A program made the translations under genes and the position numbers. Under the pieces are notes generated by a model, which was not told the origin of the DNA, ran no database searches, and saw nothing but the letters and a program-made list of their open reading frames with translations. Positions 53,732 through 63,306 of a stretch of DNA of 64,000 bases are shown here, one piece after another (positions within the stretch are counted from its first letter, which is position 1; each line of letters starts with the position of its first letter). Origin of the DNA: Candidatus Latescibacterota bacterium (GTDB lineage Bacteria; Krumholzibacteriota; Krumholzibacteriia; WVZY01; JAKEHA01); the NCBI GenBank assembly GCA_963707635.1, contig OY970173.1, positions 1,536,001 through 1,600,000 on the forward strand, read 5' to 3'.

Positions 53732-55258
53732 ATGGCCATGCTCGTCATCACCGGCGCCCGCGTGTGGCGGGACGCCGGTCTCTTCGAAGAGCGTTCGATC
53801 TGGATTCGCGACGGCCGCGTCCTCGAGTTGACGCCGGGATCGGCGGCTCCGACCAACGAACGTGACGGCCTTCGCGTCGTGCCGTGGCCCGGGCGCTACA
53901 TCCTTCCGGGATTCGTCGACGCCCACACCCACCTCATGGCGATCGCCCACAAGGAGCTCCGGTGCGACTTGAGCGGCGCGCACAACGCCGCCGGCGTGGT
54001 CGAGCGGCTCTCCGCGTGGGCCTCGGCGCACGCAGGGGAGCCGGTGGTCGGGGTCGATTTCGACGAGGCCGCGTGGGAAGACGAGGCACTCCCCACCCGC
54101 GCCATGCTCAACGCGGTCAGCGAGACGCAGCCGGTCTACGCCCGGCGGGTGTGCTGTCACGCCGGGGTTGCCAACGACGCACTCTTATCGGCGCTTGCCA
54201 GCGACGCCCGCTTTGTGGACGCGGAGAGCGGACGCATCGTCGAGGACGCCGTCTTCGAAGCCAATCGTCTCACGCGCCCGCCGGCGGAAGGCGTGGTCGC
54301 GGCCATCGACGCTGCGATCGGCCGGCTCCACGCGCTCGGCATCACCGCCATCCACGATATCGTCGACCCCGACTCGATCGAGGTGTACGCGCGGGGCCTC
54401 TGCGCGTCCCGGCGCGCGCTCGGCATTACCGCCTTCCTGCACGTCGGCGCGAGCGAGTACGACGGCGCGGCCGCGCGCCTCGAGGAACGTTCCAACGGTC
54501 GCGCCCGGCCACTCGGAATCAAGATCTTCTCCGATGGGTCGCTGGGTGCGCGGACCGCGGCGCTCCACCAGCGCTACCACGACGCGGACACGACCGGCGA
54601 ACTGCTGGTCACGCGCGAGTCGCTTGCGCACGAATTCGCGGCCTGCGCGGAGAAGGGAATCGGGTGCGCCGTGCACGCCATCGGCGACCGCGCGCTGTCG
54701 ACCGTCCTCGACGCCGTCGACGACACCCGCGCGGCGCCGGCGCGGGTGCGCATCGAGCACGCCGAGGTGATCGGCGAAGAGGACGTGGAGCGGTGCGCGC
54801 GCCTGCGGGTGCCGCTGGTCATGCAGCCCAACTTCGTCCGCAACTGGGGTGGCGAGGGAGGGATGTACGCGGCGCGACTGGGGCCGGTGCGGTGGGCGCG
54901 ACAGAACCCGTACGCAACGCTGCTCCAGGCGGGGGTGTCGTTCGTGTTCAGCTCCGACGCGATGCCCCCCGGCCCGCTCTACGGGATCAAGGGTGCCACC
55001 CACCACGCGGTCGCGTCCGAGCGGATCGGACCCGCCCAGGCGATCCCCCGCTACACCGGGGCGATCTCGCCATGGCCTGGCCCGGCTGGCGGAGTCCTTG
55101 CACCGGGAGCGCCGGCGGACCTGGTGGTCCTGTCCGGGAATCCGATCCTGGCTGACCTCGACACGGTCCGGGTGGAATCCACGTTCGTCGCCGGTAACGA
55201 GGAGTATCGGGGAATTCCCGGACCTGGCCCGATAAGTCACTCGAAACGACGGCGCTAA
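53732..55258 (+). CDS. Amidohydrolase (YtcJ-like, amidohydro_3)
   Basis: PGFVDAHTH, KIFSDGSLGARTA, HAIGDRA, RIEHAE, SSDA. Confidence 0.92.
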   Translation: MAMLVITGARVWRDAGLFEERSIWIRDGRVLELTPGSAAPTNERDGLRVVPWPGRYILPGFVDAHTHLMAIAHKELRCDLSGAHNAAGVVERLSAWASAHAGEPVVGVDFDEAAWEDEALPTRAMLNAVSETQPVYARRVCCHAGVANDALLSALASDARFVDAESGRIVEDAVFEANRLTRPPAEGVVAAIDAAIGRLHALGITAIHDIVDPDSIEVYARGLCASRRALGITAFLHVGASEYDGAAARLEERSNGRARPLGIKIFSDGSLGARTAALHQRYHDADTTGELLVTRESLAHEFAACAEKGIGCAVHAIGDRALSTVLDAVDDTRAAPARVRIEHAEVIGEEDVERCARLRVPLVMQPNFVRNWGGEGGMYAARLGPVRWARQNPYATLLQAGVSFVFSSDAMPPGPLYGIKGATHHAVASERIGPAQAIPRYTGAISPWPGPAGGVLAPGAPADLVVLSGNPILADLDTVRVESTFVAGNEEYRGIPGPGPISHSKRRR

Positions 55259-55309
55259 TACATTGCATAAACTACTGTTAAACTATGTTGTCCGGTCGTC
55301 GCTGGGCGC

Positions 55310-55339
55310 TTGACACCGGTGTGGACGATCCCTTAGCGT
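55310..55339 (+). promoter_or_regulatory. Sigma70-like promoter of lat
   Basis: TTGACA-N18-TAGCGT, preceded by an AT-rich tract with direct repeats. Confidence 0.55.
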
Positions 55340-55426
55340 TGGAACGAATCCAGCAATCGCGGGTGGGTGGTGAGGCACGGGTGGGCCGCACAACGCGAGG
55401 CGACTTCCCCTCTTGAAGGAGCAATC

Positions 55427-56764
55427 ATGGCCAGAAGCACCGGTTTCGATGTGAACGTCGAGCCGACCCAGGTCCTCGACATCATCGGTCGTCACATGCT
55501 GGTCGACGGCTTTCCGATCGTGGTCGACCTCGAGAAGAGCCAGGGTATCCGCCTGCGCGACAAGGCCGATGGTCGCACGTACATAGACTTCTTCCAGTTT
55601 TTCGCGACGCTTCCGATCGGGCTCAACCACCCGAAGATCACGGATCCGGCGTTCCGGGAGCGCATCGGGCACGCGGCGCTCAACAAGCCCTCGAACTCGG
55701 ACTTCTACAGCCAGCAGATGGCGGAGTTCGTCGAGGCGATGGATCGTTTTGCGATCCCCGGCGCATTGCCCAACATGTTTCTGATCGAGGGCGGCGCGCT
55801 CGGGGTGGAGAACGCGCTCAAGGCGGCGTTCGACTGGAAGGTGCAGAAGAACTACCAGCGCGGCGCCACCCGCGACATCGGCCAGCAGGTGATTCACTTC
55901 CGCGAGGCCTTCCACGGCCGCACCGGCTACACCATGTCGATGACCAACACCGACCCGGTGAAGATCAAGTACTACCCCAAATTCAACTGGCCGCGCATCA
56001 CCAACCCGAAGGTGACGTTCCCGCTCGAGAAGCACCTCGACGAGGTGATCGCCGCGGAAGAACAGGCCCGGCGCGAAATCAAAGACGCGATCCGCGAGCA
56101 CGGGGCCGACATCGCGGCGCTGATCATCGAACCGATCCAGGGCGAGGGCGGCGACAACCACTTCCGCCCCGAGTTCCTGAAGTTCCTGCGCGAGATCACC
56201 GAAGAGAACGAAATCATCTTCATATGCGACGAAGTCCAGGCGGGCGTGGGACTGACCGGAAAATTCTGGGCGATCGAGCACGCCGGCGTGCTGCCGGACA
56301 TCATCGCCTTCGGCAAGAAGACCCAGGTGTGCGGGATGCTAGCCTCGAACAAGATCAACGAGGTCGACAGCGTGTTCAAGGTGCCGAGCCGCATCAACTC
56401 GACCTGGGGAGGGAACCTCACCGACATGGTGCGCGCCACGCGCTACCTGCAGGTGATCGACGAAGACAACCTGGTCGAGAACGCGCGCGCGGTGGGCGAG
56501 TACCTCCTGGGCAAGCTCCACGAGGTGCGCGACCGCTACGCCGGCCAGGTGACCAACACTCGCGGGCGCGGACTCATGTGCGCCTTCGACCTCCCGAGCC
56601 CCGAGGTGCGCTCGAAGTTCCTCGCCAAGGCGAAGGAGAACGGCCTGCTGATCGTGGGGTGCGGGGTGAGGTCGGTGCGCTTCCGCCCGCCGCTCAATCT
56701 GACGAGGGCCGACGCCGACGAGGGACTCGCGATCCTGGATCGCTCGCTCGGCGAGGTGTTGTAG
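55427..56764 (+). CDS. lat: L-lysine 6-aminotransferase (class III PLP)
   Basis: HMLVDG, NKPSNSD.Y, GGALGVENALKAAFDWK, FHGRTGY, EPIQGEGGDNHF, FGKK.QVCG, RINSTWGG. Confidence 0.92.
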   Translation: MARSTGFDVNVEPTQVLDIIGRHMLVDGFPIVVDLEKSQGIRLRDKADGRTYIDFFQFFATLPIGLNHPKITDPAFRERIGHAALNKPSNSDFYSQQMAEFVEAMDRFAIPGALPNMFLIEGGALGVENALKAAFDWKVQKNYQRGATRDIGQQVIHFREAFHGRTGYTMSMTNTDPVKIKYYPKFNWPRITNPKVTFPLEKHLDEVIAAEEQARREIKDAIREHGADIAALIIEPIQGEGGDNHFRPEFLKFLREITEENEIIFICDEVQAGVGLTGKFWAIEHAGVLPDIIAFGKKTQVCGMLASNKINEVDSVFKVPSRINSTWGGNLTDMVRATRYLQVIDEDNLVENARAVGEYLLGKLHEVRDRYAGQVTNTRGRGLMCAFDLPSPEVRSKFLAKAKENGLLIVGCGVRSVRFRPPLNLTRADADEGLAILDRSLGEVL

Positions 56765-56938
56765 GGCCGCCGCGGGCGCCCGAAGTCGCGGCGCCCACGA
56801 GAAAACCGGGAGCGCCGGCGCGCGCGCGGTGTTTATTCGGATGACCCACCCCTGACGGCGCCGGGCCACCGCGTCCCACCACGTCATGGCTTTGGAATTG
56901 CGCGGGTTGCGACTGCTGCCGTACCCTATGCGCTGACC

Positions 56939-58075
56939 ATGTCCGACCTCGTTTTCTCCCATCTTCGCAAGGAATTCCCGGGCGGTGTCGTCGCCGTCGA
57001 GGATTTCACCCTCACCGTGCCGAGCCCGCGCATGGTGGTGCTGGTCGGACCGTCGGGGTGCGGCAAGACGACGCTCCTGCGGATGATCGCCGGGCTGGAG
57101 ACACCGAGCGGCGGCACCATTCACCTCGGCGCCGAGCGCCTGGATACGCGGTCCCCGCGCGACCGCGACATCGCGATGGTGTTCCAGAGCTACGCGCTCT
57201 ATCCGCACATGACCGTGGCGGAGAATCTGTCGTTCGGCCTCCGGGTCCGCAAGGTGCCGGCGGCGACCATCGAGGAGAAGGTGCGCGCCACGGCGAAGAC
57301 GCTCGAGCTGGACGCGCTGCTCCAGCGACACCCGGCCGAGCTCTCCGGCGGCCAGCGGCAGCGCGTGGCCCTGGGCCGCGCGATCATCCGGGAGCCACGC
57401 GTCTTTCTCTTCGACGAGCCGCTGTCGAATCTGGACGCGCGCCTTCGCACCGAGATGCGCACCGCCATCCGGCGGCTCTACGACCGGCTGCAGGTGACAT
57501 CCATCTATGTCACCCACGACCAGGTGGAAGCGATGACGATCGGGGATCTGCTCGTGATCATGAACCGGGGACGTGTCCACCAGGTGGGGACACCCGAGGC
57601 GTGCTATCGACGGCCGGTCGACACCTTCGTGGCCGCGTTCCTGGGCAGCCCGGCGATGAATATGGCCGCGGCCCGCGTCGACCGGGGCGAGCTGGTATTC
57701 GAGGGCGGAGATCGTTCGCCGGTGGCGGCGGACCTGGCGCGCCGGTTGGATGCGCGCCCGGACGCCGAGGTGGTGGTGGGTGTGCGCCCGGAAGACGTCT
57801 ACCCCTCGCCGGAGAGGCTGGCCCGCCCGCTCCCGCTCTCCGGAGCGCTCCTCCTGCGCGAACCGCTCGGGCACGAGACGCTCACCCATCTGCGCGCGGG
57901 CGGCATCGAGATGGTGGCCAGGGGGGCCCGCGAGTTCGTTTCCGGCGCCGATGGGCGCACGCCGCTGTTTCTCGACGCGACCCGGCTTCATATCTTCTGG
58001 AAGGACTCGGGGCGGCGGATCGACGCCGGAGAGGACGGGGTCGAGGCGCCCGCGGGGGCCGCGTCGCCGGCATGA
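56939..58075 (+). CDS. Sugar-type ABC transporter ATP-binding protein (MalK/UgpC/MsmX-like), stand-alone
   Basis: GPSGCGKTT, MVFQSYALYPHM, LSGGQRQRVALGR, FLFDEPLSNLD, YVTHDQ. Confidence 0.93.
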   Translation: MSDLVFSHLRKEFPGGVVAVEDFTLTVPSPRMVVLVGPSGCGKTTLLRMIAGLETPSGGTIHLGAERLDTRSPRDRDIAMVFQSYALYPHMTVAENLSFGLRVRKVPAATIEEKVRATAKTLELDALLQRHPAELSGGQRQRVALGRAIIREPRVFLFDEPLSNLDARLRTEMRTAIRRLYDRLQVTSIYVTHDQVEAMTIGDLLVIMNRGRVHQVGTPEACYRRPVDTFVAAFLGSPAMNMAAARVDRGELVFEGGDRSPVAADLARRLDARPDAEVVVGVRPEDVYPSPERLARPLPLSGALLLREPLGHETLTHLRAGGIEMVARGAREFVSGADGRTPLFLDATRLHIFWKDSGRRIDAGEDGVEAPAGAASPA

Positions 58076-58890
58076 CGCCCGTCATCCTGTGGCTCAATCA
58101 CGTCTTTCGCCGGCCGAATGTCGGCGGGCGGGAGTCGCGGGATTCATACTCGCACTGGGAGCACCACTGGGGCCGCGAGTTTGCGCGCATCTACATGGAG
58201 CCCGCGGGCGACCTGAAGGGCCGGCGGGTGCTGGACGTCGGGTGCGGGCTGGGCGGAAAGACCGTCGCCTATGCGGAAGCGGGGGCGGAGGTGTCGGGAA
58301 CGGACCTGCTGGTCGAGAACGCGGAGCAGAGCCAGGCGTACGCGACCCGTCACGGCGCCCGCGCGTCGTTTTTCGTGAGCGACGCCGCCGACCTGCCGCT
58401 GCGCGACGGAGTGTTCGACACGGTGGTCGCGAACGACGCCATGGAGCATTTCGCGCGGCCCGAGCACGCGCTCTCGGAGATGGCGCGGGTGGTGAAACCC
58501 GGCGGCGCGATCTGGATCTTTTTCACGCCGCACTATTCGCCGCTGGGGTCGCACCTGTACGACTACGTGTACACGCCGTGGTGCCATCTGCTGTTCACCC
58601 GCGGCCAGTTGGAGGGGGCGATTCGCGCGGTGGTGACCGAGCGCGCCGGGACCGACCGGCGCGACGAGGTGGAGAAACGGGTGCGTGAGGTGATGGAGTC
58701 GTACGACCGCGATCTGAATCGCATGAGCATCGACCGCTTCCTGCGCATCGCGCGCGGCGCGGGCGCGGTGCGGGTGACGAAGCTGGTGCTCAACCCGGCG
58801 AAGTTCTCGTTCCTGAAGCCGCTGACGCTCGTGCCCGGACTGCGCGAGCTGGTGAGCGGGTTCGTCGTGTGCCGGCTGGAGCGGGTATGA
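58072..58890 (+). CDS. Class I SAM-dependent methyltransferase
   Basis: VLDVGCG.GG, DAADLP..D..FD, MEH, RVVKPGG; ATGA overlap. Confidence 0.9.
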   Translation: MTPVILWLNHVFRRPNVGGRESRDSYSHWEHHWGREFARIYMEPAGDLKGRRVLDVGCGLGGKTVAYAEAGAEVSGTDLLVENAEQSQAYATRHGARASFFVSDAADLPLRDGVFDTVVANDAMEHFARPEHALSEMARVVKPGGAIWIFFTPHYSPLGSHLYDYVYTPWCHLLFTRGQLEGAIRAVVTERAGTDRRDEVEKRVREVMESYDRDLNRMSIDRFLRIARGAGAVRVTKLVLNPAKFSFLKPLTLVPGLRELVSGFVVCRLERV

Positions 58891-58918
58891 TCTCTCGCAG
58901 TTATCCGGAGGGGGCGCC

Positions 58919-59833
58919 ATGACCAACGCGCGCGCGTTCCGCGAGCACCGCGATCGCACGCTGCTCTGGGGGCTGGTGGCGTCGGTGCTTCTGCACGCGT
59001 TCCTGTTCGTCCCCGCCGTGCGGGATGTGTTTTCGGACGTGGTGTCGGAGGCACTCGAGCAGCGCATCGAGCCCGAGCCGATGGCCCCGCCGATGGAGTT
59101 CACGCTGGTGTCGCCGCCGGACAACCCGACCCCGACAGAGGGGGACAGTCGCTTTCGATCGACCGTGTCGTCGGCGGCGAGCGACCAGGACCCGCGCGAC
59201 ACCGGGGCGGATGCGCCGCACAGCGAGGGGCGCATGCCGATTCCGGACACGCCCGGGCGGTCCGGAGGCGCCGACGGCGGCGGGAAGTCGGACGTGCCAC
59301 CGCTGCCGCAGGAACAGGGCGACTTGAGCGAAGCGCTGCAGCGCTCGAAGTGGACCAGCGAGACGAGTCCGCAACGGGAGCCGTCGTTCGCGGACGAGAC
59401 CCACGAGTACGACGAGCCGGGCTCCGCGCGCGCGTCCATCGGCGGCATCTCGCTCAACACCACGGCGTGGGACTTCGCGCCGTACTTGCTGGACCTGAAG
59501 CGGCGCATCAAGCAGAAGTGGATCCCGCCCATCGCGTTCACCGCGCTGGGGGCGATCCACGGCTACACGTGGATTCGCTTCCGGATCTACCCGAACGGAC
59601 ACATGGAGGGAATGGAAGTCATCGAGACCGACGGGCACGACTCGCTGCACAAGTCGAGCGCCAACGCCGTCAAGGGGGCGGCGCCGTTTCGCGAGCTCCC
59701 GTCGGATTTTCCGGAGAAGTACCTGGAGATCGAGTTCGGTTTCTACTACCTGCTTCCGGGTGACGAAGACCGGTTTTTCAAGAACGGAAAGTTCATCCGC
59801 AAGGAAGACAACGGGGAAAGGAGTCAGCCGTAG
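58919..59833 (+). CDS. TonB/TolA family energy transducer
   Basis: TM with SVLLH motif, Pro/Ser-rich linker, C-terminal Y...LKRRI...W.PP and A..A.PF..LP. Confidence 0.8.
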   Translation: MTNARAFREHRDRTLLWGLVASVLLHAFLFVPAVRDVFSDVVSEALEQRIEPEPMAPPMEFTLVSPPDNPTPTEGDSRFRSTVSSAASDQDPRDTGADAPHSEGRMPIPDTPGRSGGADGGGKSDVPPLPQEQGDLSEALQRSKWTSETSPQREPSFADETHEYDEPGSARASIGGISLNTTAWDFAPYLLDLKRRIKQKWIPPIAFTALGAIHGYTWIRFRIYPNGHMEGMEVIETDGHDSLHKSSANAVKGAAPFRELPSDFPEKYLEIEFGFYYLLPGDEDRFFKNGKFIRKEDNGERSQP

Positions 59834-60487
59834 ATGTGGGCTCTATTCGAAAAGGGCGGGCCGACGATGTACCCGCTCGCCCTGATGTCGGTGTTGACGC
59901 TCGCCGTCCTCATCGAAAAGCTGTTCTCGCTTCGCACCAGCAAGGTGATCCAGGGCGAGATCGTGAGCTGCATCGAGTCGATCCGGACGCCGGCTGACAT
60001 CCCGCTGGCGATCAAGATCTGCGAGCGCTACGACACGCCGTTCGCCAACATCATCCGCGCCGGGCTGGTGGAAGCGGGCAAGCCGATTCGCGCCGTGCGC
60101 CAGGAGATGGAGGACACGGGTCGTCGCGAGGTGAAGCGGCTCGAGCGCTACATGGTGGTGCTGGAGACCGCCGCCGCGTCCGGTCCGTTGCTCGGCCTGC
60201 TCGGAACCGTGATCGGCATGATCCAGGTCTTCTCGGTGATCAGCGTGTCCGGCGTGGGACAGGCCGGAATGCTCTCGGGCGGCATCGCACAGGCGCTGAT
60301 CGCAACCGTGCTGGGGCTGATCATCGCGGTGCCGGCGCTCATTCTCTACAACTTCCTGGACGCGCGCATCGAAGGCCTCGTGCTGCGCATCGACGGGTAC
60401 TCGCACCATCTCATGAAACGGCTTGCCGCCATGGGCGGCGCAACCTCGGAATACGAGGACTCCGGGCTCGAACTGCGCAAGGGATAA
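59834..60487 (+). CDS. exbB: ExbB/TolQ/MotA proton channel protein
   Basis: GG..MYPL, PLLGLLGTV.GMI..F, GIAQAL.AT..GL..A.P. Confidence 0.88.
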   Translation: MWALFEKGGPTMYPLALMSVLTLAVLIEKLFSLRTSKVIQGEIVSCIESIRTPADIPLAIKICERYDTPFANIIRAGLVEAGKPIRAVRQEMEDTGRREVKRLERYMVVLETAAASGPLLGLLGTVIGMIQVFSVISVSGVGQAGMLSGGIAQALIATVLGLIIAVPALILYNFLDARIEGLVLRIDGYSHHLMKRLAAMGGATSEYEDSGLELRKG

Positions 60488-60491
60488 CGAC

Positions 60492-60899
60492 GTGGAACTC
60501 CGCCGCTCCAAGCGCGAGGGCCGTTCGGTCTTCGTTAATGTCACGTCCTTCATCGACGTGCTGTTCGTGCTGTTGTTGTTCTTCATGGTGTCCACGACGT
60601 TCATCAGTCAGCCGGCCATGAACCTGGATCTTCCCAAGGCGCAGCACTCGCAGACGACGCGGCAGCCGGCGATCGTCATCTACGTGCGCGAAGACGGCGC
60701 GGTCTACCTCAACGACGAGCTGGTCGACGTGGGCCTGCTGGAGCAGTCGCTCGCGTCGCGGCTCGCGTCGTCGGCCGACAAGGCCGTCGTGCTGGAAGCC
60801 GACTCGCGCGTCTCGCACGGACGCGTGATCGAAGTGCTCGACGTGATCAAGGGCGCCGGTGCGGTGAAGCTGACCATCGCGACGCAGCCCAAGTCGTGA
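60492..60899 (+). CDS. exbD: ExbD/TolR protein
   Basis: NVTSFIDVLFVLLLFFMV, LDLP.A, AD..V..G.V..V.D. Confidence 0.88.
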   Translation: MELRRSKREGRSVFVNVTSFIDVLFVLLLFFMVSTTFISQPAMNLDLPKAQHSQTTRQPAIVIYVREDGAVYLNDELVDVGLLEQSLASRLASSADKAVVLEADSRVSHGRVIEVLDVIKGAGAVKLTIATQPKS

Positions 60900-60946
60900 T
60901 TTCGCTTCGCCTTGACCATCACCTCCCCGTGTGCTAGAAGGCATAG

Positions 60947-62110
60947 ATGAATCTCCCACCCGGGCGTTTTCTGGTCGCGCGCGCCGTCGGCAGCCGGGCC
61001 GTGCTGGGCCTCGCGGCGATGGTCGCGCTCGTGACCTGCTCCTCGGATCCGCCGTCGCCGGTCGGCTCGACGAGCGATCTCATCGGGAGCGAACCGGGAA
61101 CGGTGTACCAGGACACGATCAGCGTGTTCGCGGACACCGTTTACACGTTCAACACGCCGATCGCGAGTGAAACTGCGCTGGACTTCGGCCGCAGCGACGG
61201 TTACACGCGGACGATGATTCTCCAGCCCGGGTTCTCCGGCGTCACCTCGGGCGAGAAGGCGCTGGTGGTGGCGAGCGCGTTTCTGCGCTTGCAGCCGGCG
61301 TCCGTCACCGGGAGCTTCCCGGCCCGTTTCTACCGCCTGGCCGACCGGTACGCGGAGGGGGACTCGATCGGGTCGCTCGACACTCTCTCCGCGATCGTCG
61401 ACCCGACCACGGGCAGCCCGACCCGCGCGCTGCAGACGTTTCCCGAGACCTACCCGCTCCCGCCCGCGCTCGTGCAGGGGTGGATCCGCGAAGACAGCGC
61501 GCGCACCGCCATCGCCGTCGTCTACACCGACGACGTGAACGACCGCCTGGCGACGTTCTCGTCGCAGAACGCGGCAACCGACCGGCCGGTTCTGACGGTC
61601 ACCTACGTGGGTGGCGCGCAGAAGTCCTACTCCATCTCGGGCGACGCCACCTTCATCCGGCCGACGGGAACGACGTCGAACCTGATCGTGGCCGACGGGT
61701 ACGTGCGTCGCGTCTACTTCCGCATGCATCTCGACGAACTGGCGAGCGACGCCGCCGTGCACACGGCGCGCGTTCGTTTTCACATCGTCCCCGGCACCGC
61801 GCTGGGCGATAACACCACCGCGGTCATCTACGTCCCCGACTCGACCGACCCGGCGAGCAGCGCCTTCCTCGACGGGCAGGCGGTGACGGAGCAGACCTTC
61901 GACCTCACCGACGAGACGCTCGAGTTTCCGGTGACCAACGCGATCTTTCTCACCCTGCAGGGGACGCTGAAGGACAACGGCTTCGTGGTCCGGTTCAAGT
62001 TCGAGAACACCGAGCTGCGCCAGCTCGAACTCTACGGATCCGCCGCCGCGGACTCGCTCCGGCCCCATGTTTTCATCACCTCGTCGACCCCGGCGGAGTT
62101 CGACCCATGA
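60947..62110 (+). CDS. Hypothetical outer-membrane lipoprotein
   Basis: Lipobox-like LVTC-SS after a hydrophobic stretch; beta-rich mature region. Confidence 0.65.
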   Translation: MNLPPGRFLVARAVGSRAVLGLAAMVALVTCSSDPPSPVGSTSDLIGSEPGTVYQDTISVFADTVYTFNTPIASETALDFGRSDGYTRTMILQPGFSGVTSGEKALVVASAFLRLQPASVTGSFPARFYRLADRYAEGDSIGSLDTLSAIVDPTTGSPTRALQTFPETYPLPPALVQGWIREDSARTAIAVVYTDDVNDRLATFSSQNAATDRPVLTVTYVGGAQKSYSISGDATFIRPTGTTSNLIVADGYVRRVYFRMHLDELASDAAVHTARVRFHIVPGTALGDNTTAVIYVPDSTDPASSAFLDGQAVTEQTFDLTDETLEFPVTNAIFLTLQGTLKDNGFVVRFKFENTELRQLELYGSAAADSLRPHVFITSSTPAEFDP

Positions 62111-63306
62111 CGGCGCGAAGCGGCCGGCTGCTTGGGGTGGTGGCGTGCGCGCTGGTCCTCTGCGGGACCGGACTTGCGCGCGGCGAATCGGTCTTCGGGC
62201 TCAACCTGGTGGGCGAGCGAGTCGACGTCGGCGACGGACGCGTGGTCGCGCTGGGCGGGTTCGTGCAGATGATCGACGACTCGCTGGGACTGCTGCAGTA
62301 CAACCCGGCGATGCTGGCGTGGACCAAGCGCGTGACGTTCGGCGTCTCCGGATACATCAGCTCCGACGTCAACCGGACCGAGGGTCTGGAGCGGCGCGAC
62401 AACGGGGCGAAACTCTCGATGTTTTCGTTTGCGTTCCCCCTGTATCGCAATCGCCTGAGCGTGGGCTTCGGATTCCGGGGCCGCTACGACCCCGACGGGG
62501 AGTTCCGCGTCGACCACACCACGCCCGAGGGCGACGCCTACGCCGACTGGTACCAGCGCAGCGGGGGATTGTGGACGGTCCCGTTCACGATCGCGCTGGA
62601 CACCGGGCGCTTCCTGAAATTGGGGGCGTTCTACTCGCTGGAACGCGGCCACGTGCAGGACACCTGGATCGTGGACTTCGCCGACCCGTCGAACCAGGAC
62701 GCCGTCAGCTCCCAGGAGCGTTCGGTGACGGGGGACGCCTTCGGGGTCGGGGCCACGCTCCGGCCGACGCGGAGGATCTCGCTCGGGGTCGTGTACGAGT
62801 CCAAAATCGATTACGATATCGACGTGGAAGAGCACTACACGAACGCGAGCGCGGACACCAGTTACGCCGAGGTGGGGGCGCTCCCCGAACGCTGGGTGGT
62901 GTCGCTGTGCTGGCGCGTCGCCAGCTCCATCAGCGTGTACGCGGGCGCGTCGGTATGCGATTTCACCAAGTTTAACGGGTTCGATTTCCCGGCCTCGCGC
63001 CTGGCGCGCGAGGAAGTCGGCGCCCTGGGGGTGGAGTACCGGTTGAAGCAGAGGCCGATTCGCGTCTCGGTGCGCTACGAGAAGCTCCCCTACACGATGC
63101 CGGATGACCAGGAGATCACCAAGTTGCAGTTCGCGATCGGCACCGGACTGATGTTCAAGAGCGGGCTGGGCAAACTCGACGCCGCGGTGCAGTTCGGCGA
63201 GACCGGGTCGGTGGACACCAACGGGTTTGCCGACCGGTCGGTGCGCTTCGTCATGAGTATCACGGGGTCCGAACAATGGAAACGCAAACGCGACAATCGC
63301 TACTAA
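62107..63306 (+). CDS. Outer-membrane beta-barrel (FadL/OmpP1-like)
   Basis: Signal peptide, S.FG..G, ALGG, NPA motif, alternating amphipathic strands, C-terminal E.W..KR. Confidence 0.7.
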   Translation: MTARSGRLLGVVACALVLCGTGLARGESVFGLNLVGERVDVGDGRVVALGGFVQMIDDSLGLLQYNPAMLAWTKRVTFGVSGYISSDVNRTEGLERRDNGAKLSMFSFAFPLYRNRLSVGFGFRGRYDPDGEFRVDHTTPEGDAYADWYQRSGGLWTVPFTIALDTGRFLKLGAFYSLERGHVQDTWIVDFADPSNQDAVSSQERSVTGDAFGVGATLRPTRRISLGVVYESKIDYDIDVEEHYTNASADTSYAEVGALPERWVVSLCWRVASSISVYAGASVCDFTKFNGFDFPASRLAREEVGALGVEYRLKQRPIRVSVRYEKLPYTMPDDQEITKLQFAIGTGLMFKSGLGKLDAAVQFGETGSVDTNGFADRSVRFVMSITGSEQWKRKRDNRY

